NCBI GenBank assembly: GCA_036172245.1
Contig: JAYWIR010000028.1
Coordinates: 372,001-436,000 of the forward strand
Length of the DNA: 64,000 nt
Source: Raillietiella orientalis
Taxonomy: Eukaryota
Direction of reading: 5' to 3'
The notes below the pieces were generated by a model that saw only the letters and a program-made list of their open reading frames with translations, had not been told where the DNA came from and ran no database searches. Of the stretch, positions 49,720 to 64,000 are shown piece after piece. The position numbers were made by a program, and so were the translations under genes. The first letter of the stretch is position 1; each line of letters opens with the position of its first letter.

Positions 49720-50470
49720 TTCTCACGGTTGGGGAGAGATCCTCCACCCTGGTTGTCTTCGAAGGAAACCTTAAAGGGAATCTCCTTCCTTATGCTCTCC
49801 GGAGGGGTCCGCTCCTGTTTATTCCTCTGAAGAGAACCCCAAAGAGAGGCTTCCGAATTTGCTCTGGAGAACTCTTCCCGAAGGGAGCGGCATGCTTCTC
49901 TGAACTCTCTGGAGAGGTGGTAACACACCTACTCCATAGTACGAGACACAGAGGGTCCCCCACGAAGGGGGGATCCGCTCCTTCACAATCGGAGGGGAAC
50001 TACCACTCCTTGATTCCTGGAAGGACCCGGAGGTTGATTCCCAATCTCGACCATTCATCGGAGGCATCGGGTTTGAACGGCTACCAGTCCCACACCCGAA
50101 TAGAAGTCATCCAGCGTCATCTTGCAGGAGGAACTCGAAACCCATGACTCACCCCCATCTCTCGGGGATCGATGCTTGCCGAGCATTCGAACGCGCGACG
50201 ACTGATGCCATGCGCGGAGACCTTAGCAGCCACATGGCCTCCGACGCGGACTTTTCTCACCCTTCGAGCGATGCCCGAGAGACAGGCGTTACGGGGCTTC
50301 AGCTACTCCCATATCACCCCAGGAATCCTCACGGGACCTGGGTGAGATGATCCATCTTCTTCCCTTCCTTTTTCTCCCCTCGCGGGGCACCTTGTCTCTT
50401 CCGACGGGGGCCCCGCTAGAGCCTTCCGGACTTCCCTGATCCGACGGGCTATCAAGAAACGTATGCGGGG
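49720..50470 (-). repeat. Repeat family X copy, inverted relative to 49300-49500
   Basis: Reverse complement aligns with 19790-20400. Confidence 0.8.
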
Positions 50471-50699
50471 CTAACCTCCCTGTGCGAAAACAAATCCTTC
50501 CGTTTTCGATGCAGAGAGCGATTCTTTCTCTTCCCCTCCATCCCTTCCCCTCGTGTCCACTTCCTCCTCCTTCTACCCTAGGACGTCTGCACCCGACTGA
50601 GGTTTCTGGATCTCACCTCTATTGATTTTCGATCTTTTTCAGAGGAATCGTTCCAGAAGCTTGCAGGTGCACTAAGGGAAACTACAAGTGCAGTCTGTA

Positions 50700-51050
50700 A
50701 ACACCCACATTCAGTTTGCTCCCAGAGTTCCAGCACGAGAGACACGGGAGACATCGAGAAGAGGAGTGGGAGCAGCTGAGTAGCTGTCCACCCCCTAAGA
50801 TCGGTAATCTCCTTAGAAACCTGGAATCCTCGAAAGGAAAAGAACCGGATCTTCCACTCGTCCGAAATGATCTAAAAACAGTCGTGAATAAATCTAAAGG
50901 ACGAGAACCTCGAAGAGCCGGCAAATTCAGGACAGCAGCAGCAACTATGGCAGTTATTCTCTCCTTGGAATATACTTGAAGGGAAGGAGATCCATAAGGT
51001 GCCACCTCTGCCACCATGAGAGGGCTCAACGGAAGGCCCCTTATCCTCCA
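50700..51050 (+). mobile_element. Possible decayed LINE ORF1 remnant
   Basis: LPEF...KIGNLLR...PLVRN... followed by IRCHLCHHE (partial zinc knuckle). Confidence 0.3.
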
Positions 51051-54000
51051 GATGGGCTATTTCCTCGCAGCAAGACGACCGTCTCTACCAGAAAAGTACA
51101 GGTCGCTTGGAGCAGAATTCATCAGTCTCCAGCTGAGATCGGCAACTCGACCATGGTCCACAACTACTATATAAAAGCAAGAGGAAGAGCGAAAGAGGAA
51201 AAAAATTTTTTGCGATTGATGAAAAAACGAACAGACAAGATCGAAAGACGCGTTTCAGAATGCGGAGCCTCATTATCTTTTGTGAGATTGCTACATAAGG
51301 CATCAGGATGGAAGGTCACTCCAATAACAAATGTCAAACAAAAAAAAGAAAAAAAAAGGAAGGAAGAAAAAGGAAAAGAAGAGTTAGTCAGGGTTTTCCT
51401 GTACGCAGCATGCGCGGCAACAGTGTCTCCTCCATGACGAAGTGCTTATAGTAATGACGACCTTGGTAATCAAATAGAATTCCCGGAAGATTAGTGCTTT
51501 CTCAGGGATGGAATCCATTCCAGCAGGGGAGCGCTGACAGGCGCTGCTGGAGGTATGGCAAGGCAGCTGGATGCCCCAGCTCGTTCCGACAGATTTTTCC
51601 GGCGTGCTTTGCTCTGCTCAGACGCTCGCAAAAACGAGTGATAAAAAGGGACTCAAGCGTTTATTCGATGCAGCCAACCGTCGGTCCCGTAACGAGCAGC
51701 CTGGGTTTACGAGTCTACGATAAAAATCGGGAGTCTGCGTCACAAATCCTCTAGACACACAGACACCCCCTTGTGTTTCCTACGCACTCGTGTGGGCCTC
51801 AGTTTCGTCCATGCCTGTCGAAAATCGAGTAATAAATGTCTGCAGTTTTTCTACGTATATTCCTTTACTTACGTTTCTGCATTCTTACGGATACTCCTTT
51901 GCGTGAGCATTTGAGAATAAAATGGTCTTTCTCACAATACGCCCTTTCCAAAGACACGCTTTCCTGCAGCATACGAGTATAAATGAAGTGTGCCCTGAGA
52001 AATTCACTGTGAGCGTGTCGATGTTAATGACGCGATTAGCCGTGAAGATGGTGCCCATGGCAATAGGGACGTGATGTTATTGTGATGTGACAGCGACAGC
52101 TGGCAGTTTTCAGGGAGTCTCCTAAACACACCCAGTTTAATCACCTGAGTTCATTCGTGCATCTCATACGTACATTCATTGCAAGCTAAGCATCCTCAAC
52201 ACGTCACAGATCCTCGACATTGAATACTCGAGATAAAAAATCAAGGGAGAGTAAACTGAGATCAAGTTCAGTGTGGCTTTGCACTCCCTTGTTGAAAAAC
52301 CCGATCAAGATCAAGGGCCACGAGTAGTACACTGTGGGCCAAGGAGTTTCTTACTCCAGAAACGATTCTGACCATCGATTCGCACATGCGGTTATCTGTA
52401 AGGCCATCGTCTAAGCGGGGGGAGGTGCTGATCGCACGCGCAGAAAATGAGTAATGAGGGAAGAGACTTCTCAGTCACCGAGATGTTCCAGTCTCGTTGC
52501 CCAGTGGAGCAAGTCAGAGAGCCGCCGCCGAAGGATCTGCAGGAAGTGGTGACCTGCAACCCCGAGAGCCGTCTCGAAACTTCGGCCAGATGTCTGGTAA
52601 TTCGGAAAAAGGATCACTGCTGTCGATGTCCGCTATTCTTTCGGAAGATCGGAGACAGAGTTGGGAGGAAGCGCAATAAGAGAAGGAGCGCAGACACCGC
52701 GAAGTGTTTTTTTTTTTTCCTTCCAGATGAGCACACATGCATCAGTCCGGACGTTGGCTGGGGTTTCTGGGATCCCGAGAGCTCATGGTTGCTTTCTTGT
52801 GCATTCATTGAAAGATGATTGAGACTTGCCTTGCACAGCTTATCATGTGTCCCGCTTGAGGAACTTTGTCGAGGCACATGGAATCTTCCACCCTGTAAGA
52901 AGCAGCAGCAGTAGTGGAACTGGCCTCCCTGCAAAGGAAATCGTCTCGTAGGTTTCAAGTGTTTTTTTTTTTTTTTTCTTCCTCCGAGAACTGAGCCTTT
53001 TTTTTTCTTCTTGAAGGAATGGATTTTCTATCTTCATCCATCTCCATATTTTTATATGAGTTTGTTTGTCACTTTCCCCCATCTTCGGTCTGCTTGGAGC
53101 ATAGCTTGCACTTCTTTCTTGAAACTCCTGAGGACTCAATGGTTTCTCGGTACCGAAACCACTGCATCTTCCTTGTGGTTACTGGAATGCTATGGATAGA
53201 AAGTTGCATTGGATCGCAGCGAGGGTGTCTTTCATGTTTCAGTCATCGAAAAAAAAAAAAAATGTCCAGGATATTCATCGTTCGTATGTTTAGATGACTA
53301 AGAAAAGGACTCGTTGTTTTAGGCTGCAGATGTAGTCATCTCACTATCACTATCAGGAGTTGTCTTTTTTTTTTTTTTCTCTTGCTTTCTATCAGGAAAC
53401 AGTCACCCTCTTGCATCTCTTGCGACCCCCAAGCACGCGTTCGCAGAACCAGTCTGGGCAGAGGATGCACATCAAAGCGCATTTCCAGGTCCCTTTGCAA
53501 GTTAGTCTTAACAGTTGCCCCGGCAAAGGGTGAATGAAGGTGAGGGGCAGGTCTCTCCGCCAGTAGTCCAGACCACTCCGTCGACCTGCTTCCCCTAGGT
53601 GCTCACAACGGAGACTGCCGTCGGCAAGAGCGGCCGTGTGGAGAGACGACGCTGATCATGATGATCTGCCGCGTATTTTCCATTCGTGCCCATCGTGCCC
53701 ATTATCGGCGATCCGTGATGGTGATGGTGGTAGTGGATAGGAGAGGATGACTCTGTATCAATTGTATCACGACATGCAAATCTCAACAAGCAATCTCTTG
53801 CAGCTCATGACCACGCAAGGTCACTGCTTCGTCATTAGCAGCAGGCACTTTGCCGGTTTACCTTGCATTCCGGGTGTGCGTCATGTATTCTCGCTCTCCC
53901 TTTTTTCCTTTTCTTGCTGAGACCTTTTCCACTCCACGTTGCGGTCACTACCAATTATGGTCACCATTACTACTTGTCCTATCCTCATCACTCCTCCATT

Positions 54001-54329
54001 CCATACTCCCTTCTCCTCCATTCCTCCATCTCTCCCTTACTCATCTCCTGACCTTCTTACTCTCCAGTTCTGCCATTTTCTTTAAATTAACAGGAGCCTG
54101 AGTTCACAAGTCACACCGTCAAACAAACCCTTATATGAGCCAAACCCATCCGTACTCATAACATCTTCTCAGTTAACCCCACACTTGGGATGGAGGTGTT
54201 GAACAAACATAAAACATTCATGGAACTCTTTCTATGTGCAAATCTCAGGCTCCGACTACCTCTTCGGAGTCGTAGCGGAACCTTCCTAGCCATTCAGTTG
54301 ATGGACACAAGTCAGAGGCTCCGGCATTC

Positions 54330-54650
54330 TCATTTCTCCGCCCAGGAGATACACCGAAGATCAGGCCAAGAATCACCTTCCGATGATCCTGATGTCATTG
54401 CCCCAACGGAGCTTGATTTTGCCTTCTATAAACAAGCAGGAGGGTCGGAGCGAGGCATATGAAAGAGAAAGGCATATGAGGAGAAGGATCAGTATCTCCT
54501 TACAGGAAGGGTTCTCCCTTCCCAACTGTTGGTACCTGGCTCCCGTGCGTCGGCCGGAAGACCTGGACTTCCCCGTCCCTTTTCACAAGCCTCAGAGAGG
54601 CGGCGCCTTTCTCATATGCCTCGCTTAGACCCTCCTGCCTCTTGACCCCC
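54330..54650 (+). mobile_element. Possible decayed LINE ORF1 remnant
   Basis: MRRRISISLQEGFSLPNCWYL...FPVPFHKPQR..FLICL resembles the pre-knuckle region of Tx1 ORF1. Confidence 0.3.
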
Positions 54651-57600
54651 TCCTCCCTCTAAGGCCCAGAGGACGGATTCCTCCTCCCAACTCGAAAAAG
54701 TTCCGACTCTTTGCCAGCCGCAACTGCACTCTCTTGAAGCAACCTCCTCTTCCTCCAGGATGCTTCCCGAGGAACCGCTTCGGATGAACATAGCAGCGGC
54801 TCCACCCAGAAAGCATCCGGGGTCGGCACGGCGCAGCATCCCGATTGGATCCTCCGGGAGGATAGACCTCGCTCGCGGAGCTCAGGGGATCGGTTCGGTG
54901 TCTGGATGGATGGAGAAAAGACTGCCCTTTCCTTTTTTGCTATTCCGTCCCCGTTCCCTCGAGTTTGCGCCTCCTCTTGGAAGGAGGCAGAGTTGGAGAG
55001 AGGCAGACAAGGCAGAGGACTGGGAGGAACAGAAGGAGAGCTCCGTGCTCGCCCGAGCGCGTTCACTCGCGCGGCGCATCAATTGCCTCACAGGAATTTC
55101 GGTGTTTCTGCCCCTCGCTCAGCAATGAACCTCAGCGCAAGGTTGAGCACCACGCTCGCGCTACGCGCGCGTGCTTTCGCTTCCCGCAAGTGCGGATGTA
55201 TATAGGTGAGACGAGGATCGTGCGGACTGCATGAATGCGTGCATAGAGGGACGGCGTGCACGCGGAGATGATGCCCAGGGGCCACCGACTGAGATCTCGG
55301 GAACCAAGCCACTGAATCTGTTCGAACGCGTGAGATGCCTTCATGGGTGCTCCGCACGCGAAAGAGGTTGAAGGATGCAACGTCAGCCATGTCCTACGAA
55401 CCCATGGTCAAAGAGGAAGTTCTTATTACTTATTCCTTCCGTGCCTCCCGCGAACGTCCATCGTGCAAAAAAAGAAAAAGAAAAAGCGACTCCGACAGTG
55501 CAGCCAAGTGCAAAAAGCGATCGACGATCGACAGCACATGAGGTCTTCAGAATCTTCAGGCAGTAGACATCTTCGACATTCTTCAGTTCCTCAAGGCAAT
55601 CTATCCATGATCTATAAATGTCATGACCCGATATCCTCGAACCATGAACAACTGTTTCATCTTCCTCTTAGCACCCATCTGTTAAAGATTCTTTGTGCTG
55701 GTGATAGGAACAGCTGCAGCACAGTTCCCGCACACAACTGCAACAGTCTGTCTCATCCGTCTAATCGAAATGTAATAGAGAGCGGAGCTTCTCCTTTCTA
55801 CTATAGCATTCCTGGTCTTGGACTTCACCCTTACCAACTTGGCGAGCATGTTTTTCTTTCGAAATTTCGAAAAGCCTCGAGGGGCAGAGCCAATCATGCA
55901 GTTGGAACGGCGCTTTTCGGTCCCCCTACCATCCCTTCGTTTCTTGTCATCTCTGGTACCCCACGTCTGGTACACAGAAATCTGCTACATGAAGGTGAAT
56001 TTCCGTCGCCAGCATTGGAACCGTGGGAACAATCAACCGGAAAGGGCCATTGGCGGAAGCGAAATTTCATTGAGGACTCGGTTGTATTCACTCTGAATTG
56101 CCGAGTTGGTAGTTGCCTGGAGCGAACTAGTCACCGTCTCGCATCCCAAGAACCTGTCGGCTGCGTTGATGAACTTCCCCTCCGTGGAACACATTCGATG
56201 ATTCGCATATGAAAACACGAACCACATGGCATGCGCCGATTTTTGAAAGCCCGTCCTGGACTGCAGGGGGGGAAAGAAGACTGCGGGAGGAGAGAGAGAG
56301 AGAGAGAGGGGGGGGGGACGAAGCAAAGGAAACCACCACAGGAAGAAATGGAAGGAGATCTTCAGAATGGATAAGCTGCAGAGGTCGCGTAGGGATACTC
56401 AAGTAATGGAAACTCAGACCAGAATCTTGCGAGTTTCCCGTCTGCCGAGGTCGAAGTTCTGTGTATCGGAATAAATGTTTCGCTTTTCCCTTGGAAACTT
56501 TGGCACCGTAGACTTTGCTAAGGTGATATCATTCCCCTGGCATCTTATCAAGATGATTCATCCAGCGTCTGGGAAGAATCACTCTTTGCTTAAGCACAGG
56601 GGATGAGTGTCCATGCTTTTCTTTTCACGAGAACAAAAACAGTCACCACTTAGCGAAAGCATGATCGTCAAGATACGCTGTGGAATTCTTCCTGAAATGC
56701 AAGATGCTCAGGGGATTCCAGGCTTGCAATGAGACTTCTCTGGAAAAAAAAAATTCGACGGAAAGATTAGCTGAAGCAAAATGAGAAAGGGGATTTTCAA
56801 AGTGGCGACAAAGAACAACCGTTTTACTGGGGACTGCATACGTCCTGAAAACCAATGATGAAAGCAGTGAGGTTTTTCGTGAACTGTTTCCATGAAAACT
56901 TTGGAGTACATTGCTCTATCCATGCTGATAGAAAAATGTGCGAATTGTGTGTTTTCACTTCTTCGAACAAAACGTGCACGGAGGTTGCGTTCGTAGGAAC
57001 ACTTCCTCTGCAAACCGTAAAGTGGATGCTCATTCACGTTACATACGTCGAAATCGGCTTTTGGTGTGTTTTGATCGTGACGAAAAGAGAAAAAGAGTTC
57101 TACGAGGATGGCGATTGGTAACTTCTCGAATCAGCTGACACTGTATACGTTCTAAAAGTCTCGTGGGTGAACTGTACTTACCTAAAGTCTGTAAAGCAGC
57201 CATTAGTGAGTATGCATTTCGTAACGAATGAGGCTTCACGTCATGGATAGAGCGTACAGATGCATTCTTTATTTATTTGGTACATTTAAATCTCCGATTT
57301 ATCATCTCACGTGACATCAGTTCCCTTGGAATGAGTTTCATGTGGCAATCCCTATCTAAATCTTGACTCGTTTCTTTTCAGTTCAGTTTGTTTCACGAGT
57401 TTTCCATCTCTGATGGAACGGAAAGTACGCTTAATTAGACAGAGTCAGAGACCGGAAGAAGGTGTTGAACTTCATTAGTCTTCCGAGAATCCCTCGGGGG
57501 CTTTCATCTTGGCCAACCACGTGTTTACTTAGTTTCTTTAGATAATTACATCAGAATGGAAATCACGTTGTTTCCCTTCTTCTCTTTTGTTCCGTAGTCC

Positions 57601-58774
57601 TCAAGGGCTTTTCCATTTTGAAATTAATGATATTTCTGCCTTGGGATTGCTTCCTTCCATCCCTTAGACAAACAAAATCCTTCGAATGGTTTTTTTTTGG
57701 CGATAAAGGGCGCTTCTTGAGCATGAATTCCTTGCTGGTGAATTTCATTTAATCCACGCAATAACTTAAATCGAGAATCTCGTCTGAGTAAGAACTTTGA
57801 AATTCAAATGATCTCAGTTTAAAAGCAGCTGACAGGCAAGAAACGCTGGAATGGAATGAAATCAAAACAGGCAAAAGAATGGGAAGATGGGGAAAAATAC
57901 AGGGAAATCAAAATTAATAAATAATAATTTGAGAATATGAATGAATGATGATCGACTCCATTTTTTTTTTTTTTTTTTCCATTGTGCCTTTTTGCTGCAC
58001 TTCGTTTGAGCTTTGTACTTCCCACAGAGACACTGAATATCAGAGTCATGATCTTTGACTTAAAAGTGTTTGGGGTGGGCCAGATAACCTTACGCTTTAG
58101 ATAATTTTTGCTTTCTGCCGAATTTCTGAAACATTTTGTATAAAATCTGCAGAGTTCTCACAAACATAATTGCTCAAATGTAGCGTAAACTTTCGTGCTG
58201 CTTCTTCTGCTTTATGATGTTGTTTTCTTGCTTATTATGCTAATTTCATTCTCCCCCCCCCCCCTTCCCTCCCTTCCTCGTGCAAACGAAGCAAAAAGTT
58301 TCAGTTTAAAAGTATATTCTGCGCAATGTGATGCACCAAGATATTCACCTCATCCTATGAGTCTCGATTTGTATCTCCTTGATTGAAATGAGCTAAATCC
58401 TTGGCACCCTTTCAAATAAAAAAATGATCTTCATATCTGGATTTCGATTAAGCGAGGACAATGCATTAAAAATGCGAATCTTTTTGCGACTATGTTCATC
58501 TCGGGACAGCGAGGGAAATGTGATTTTCAATTTGATAGGAAAACTCAAAGCTCTCCAGCTCTATCTTTAAGATGATCAACTTGGCAGAAAGAGTGAAATT
58601 CTCCGATGAGTGTTTACAAAAGCTAAAAAGAGAGAACGATGATTTGGTTGGGACATTTTTCGCCGTTATTAGAAACTGACGCTCAGACAATTAATGGCCT
58701 GGAATCAATTACTTGTTCCAGGCCATTAATGTGTGTGCTCGCGCTCTTTTTTTTGAAAATTGAATTTTATAATC

Positions 58775-58855
58775 ATTAAATACAAATCGCCCGTCGCTCT
58801 GATATAATATTAGATAAGTCGTAACATAGTAGATGTACCGGAAGGTGTATCTAGG
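58775..58855 (+). pseudogene. NUMT: 3' end of mitochondrial 12S (small-subunit) rRNA
   Basis: tacaaatcgcccgtcgctct...agataagtcgtaacatagtagatgtaccggaaggtgtatctag matches the arthropod mt-12S helix 44 flanks and the helix 45 GGAA loop. Confidence 0.85.
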
Positions 58856-59749
58856 CAAGGGGGTAATCTACTAGTAAGTGTAGAAATTGACTTGATGTTG
58901 ATAATCATTTAAAGTTTTGTTGAATTTGAGTATGAAATTATTATGGCCACAACACGAAAATTCTAAATTAGCACCAAGTGCTTTGGATCTTTTTCGTAGT
59001 GCTTTTGGATGGAACCACCAAATGTAGCATCGCGAAAAAAGGAGATAGCTCAAAATGGGTGGTTGTAGTTCATTACGGGCTAAAAAAAAAAAAAAAAGAC
59101 TCCTGACCAGCAGCAAGGAATCCAAACTGATTTTATGGACTTCACTTTTTGGGTCCAAAGCACTGACACTCCGAACAAACACCGCAAAGAGCAGCAAAGC
59201 AATGGGTGTGATTTCTTTCCACCATGGAGTCGCGACACAAGTGGTCGCCGGTTGCTTTCATCCTAGTAAATCCGCTTACATAATAAGTATGCTTCCTCTT
59301 CGTTCAACCTCGAACGGCTACTCTTGAAACGAAATGGGGCTTTTTCAGCTCCCTCTTTTCTTCCTTTTCCCCCCTTCCCACCCCATTCGGTCCCATGCTA
59401 GCAAAGGGCGCGAGACCGAAAGATTTTCGGCAGGGCAGGAAGTGAAGAAGGAAAGGGGGGGAGGGGGGGGGGGAAACGAAAAAAACAAAAAGCAAAAAAA
59501 AAAAAAAAAGGAAAGGAAAGGAAAAGACGTCGGAGGAATGCACTTGAACGCGTCGGATCTGAAATCCCCCTGGAAGGCCCACCGTTCCCCTCGCCGGGAT
59601 GTGGCAACGGAAAATTCCAGATTGCCACACCGGCGGCCGCCCGCCAGCCGCGCCGATATCGACGTGGAGTTGCATCGCGACCATGCAGGTTGATTCAAAT
59701 CAGCATCCCAACTCACGTGCTGAGCGACCGTAGTGCACAGGGAGGAACC

Positions 59750-62023
<2,274 letters not shown>

Positions 62024-62069
62024 AGATACTTCAATTGGAATAAAGTCTATTTTATTCAGAATATTTGAG

Positions 62070-62604
62070 TCATGCCTCAAGGATGTAGTTATCAATGTGT
62101 TCAATATATGAGGAAGCTAACATTAGGAGACTAGCACTAGATCCCAAAGCTAGCACTAATCGTACTAAGTAATGCCCTTGTACAAATGTCCGTACTATTC
62201 CCCACATCATTGTTGATCCCAAATTGAACATCAGAGTTCCAAATACAGTATACATAATTTTCTTACTGAGTAATGTAATTTGCATATGTTGGCAATTAAA
62301 TAAATAAAGTCCTGTGCCTATACATGAACCTAACAACATGATGTTACTGAGGGTTCCTTGGTAGAACCACGGCACCCAGCTGGAAATACCATTCAGTCAA
62401 GTATTTTCTAAAGACTTATTCTTACCCTGCGTAAAGCTCAGGACATAAAATGCCAACTGATGTTCCAGTAAAATGAATTGCTCCTTGCCATGGTAAATGA
62501 TAATACAAGATACGCTTGCTTAAAGATTTGCTTATGGCACTTCGATTTTCGTCTCCTTCCGCAACACTCACTGCATCCTTATCCCGTTCTGTATACCAGC
62601 TCAT
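62070..62604 (-). CDS. Small (162 aa) multi-pass membrane protein, resembling an uncharacterised conserved arthropod family
   Basis: Exons 62604-62426 and 62379-62070 joined in frame across a 46-nt GT-AG intron. ILYYHLPWQGA...GTGLYLF...MFNLGSTMMW...YIEHID, about 4 hydrophobic segments. Minus-strand AATAAA at 62051-62056. Confidence 0.85.
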
Positions 62605-63249
62605 TGTATTCGAAGCCTCGTATTAAATTTCGATATCATGAATGGAGACAGGGAACATGTTCGAGAAACACCATATTTTTAGTGAACTCATCATGCTTGC
62701 ACAAGGAATGCTCAGGTTGTAACAGAATTTATATGTGCTTAAGAGTTGCCATTCAACTTTAAGCAGGTTGTGCTTATATTATAACAGAGTAGTTTTAAAA
62801 TGCATGATTGATTGACACTTCGTGAAAAAACAAAAAGATTTCTGTCCTACATTAAGATTCAATAACAACTGGGCAAACAATTCGTCCCCATGACAATGAA
62901 CCGATATCCATGTAAAAATGAAGTTCATGTATGCACAGACTTCGTACACATATATTATAATTACTTAGAAAATTCGTGCACAATCTCATAAAAAATCACA
63001 GACCCAGGGAATTTAACGTAGAACACAGAATTCATGGAGTTTATTTTATGTCAAGGTTTAAATGTATTCTTTTAATTTTAACATATATCTATATGTATTC
63101 TCAGTATTTTAAATACTTGGCTACTCAAATATCTAGGCTTTTGTTGCAAAACGACATTTGTATATGGCAGGCCACTTTTAAAAAAATTATGCAAAAGAAA
63201 AACAAATTGGAATATTTTATCTTGGAATTATTATAAACGAAATTAAACT

Positions 63250-63900
63250 AGTTTGGCAAAAGTGTGATGCAAAGATCTGCTGGTCCCGCGTCAGGATGAA
63301 GGTCTCAGACTCTCAATGCTGAAACTTATGGAGCCACAGCTTCAGTTCCGCAAACGGACCCTGGAGAGCAAGCAGTGGACATTCTTCTGATGCATTCCCC
63401 TCCCCCCTCCCCCAGTCCTCAGATGCACGAGCGATTGCGAAGGATTTGCCTTCCTTTTCACTCATAACCGCGAAACAATGCACCTCCTTCTGATCATGAT
63501 CATGTTAGAAGAACATAGATGTATCTGCTGCAGGCCAACAAATTTACATTCTTGTCAGCAAAGAGCTTGTGAAGACATGGGTAAGAGTTACAGATACTTG
63601 TCCAGACCTGCTCCTGTCCTCACGTCATCCTCGAGGAGGCCTTAATAAAGGTCTAAAGTATCTATAACCCCTAAAAGCAGCGCCGTCGTCTCTGTTCGAG
63701 GAGAATGACAGTTGCGTACGGAGTTAGACTACCTGGAAAATAGAAGGAACTACCAAACCTGTAGGCAGTTGGTCCCTACTACATTTTGGAGATGAGATCA
63801 CCTGACAGCACATCTCCAAGGACTACAACGCTATGCAACTCTTCTGGGAATCTCCCAAAAGATGTAGAGATCCTCCAAATGAGTACGGACAGTGTGAAAC
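63250..63900 (+). mobile_element. Old family-B-like LINE ORF2 remnant
   Basis: KDLLVPRQDEGLRLSMLKLMEPQLQFRKRTLESKQWT aligns with KDMCAPRRDGGLGLLTLERMERQLQLRKLALEAKYWT of the 7.2-9.0 kb copy. Confidence 0.65.
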
Positions 63901-64000
63901 TCTCGCGAAGGTGGCAACCAATGGATACGATTTCTGGTATTGGTTTTCCCATATAACATCTGCCAGCACACTTTTTCATTTTCCAAATAAAATGAACATA

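Noticed and set aside
53595..53760. His-rich ORF that could be a terminal exon
   Set aside because: No convincing upstream exons or homology within the window.
55343..56212. 289-aa ORF
   Set aside because: No recognisable motif or splice structure, and composition looks non-coding.

Overview
Eukaryotic, arthropod-like nuclear DNA (inferred from the gene set and a mitochondrial 12S fragment). Four compact spliced genes sit in CpG-poor islands: a KCTD9-like BTB/pentapeptide gene (~25.5-26.8 kb, +), CDP-diacylglycerol synthase (34.7-36.5 kb, +), mitochondrial glutamate dehydrogenase (59.75-62.0 kb, +) and a small multi-TM gene (62.07-62.6 kb, -). Their introns are unusually short (mostly 35-60 nt) with weak splice signals. 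The islands are separated by CpG-rich tracts of decayed mobile DNA: many Tx1/L1-like LINE fragments that end in AATAAA plus a 5-bp/5-nt hairpin instead of poly(A), a non-autonomous Buster-type hAT element with TIRs and an 8-bp TSD, and an unassigned repeat family (X). There is also a scrambled cluster of degenerate genes whose motifs resemble a tyrosine recombinase; this is the best candidate for an undescribed element. A short 12S rRNA NUMT lies upstream of the GDH gene. All calls were made by eye, and boundaries of degenerate elements are approximate.
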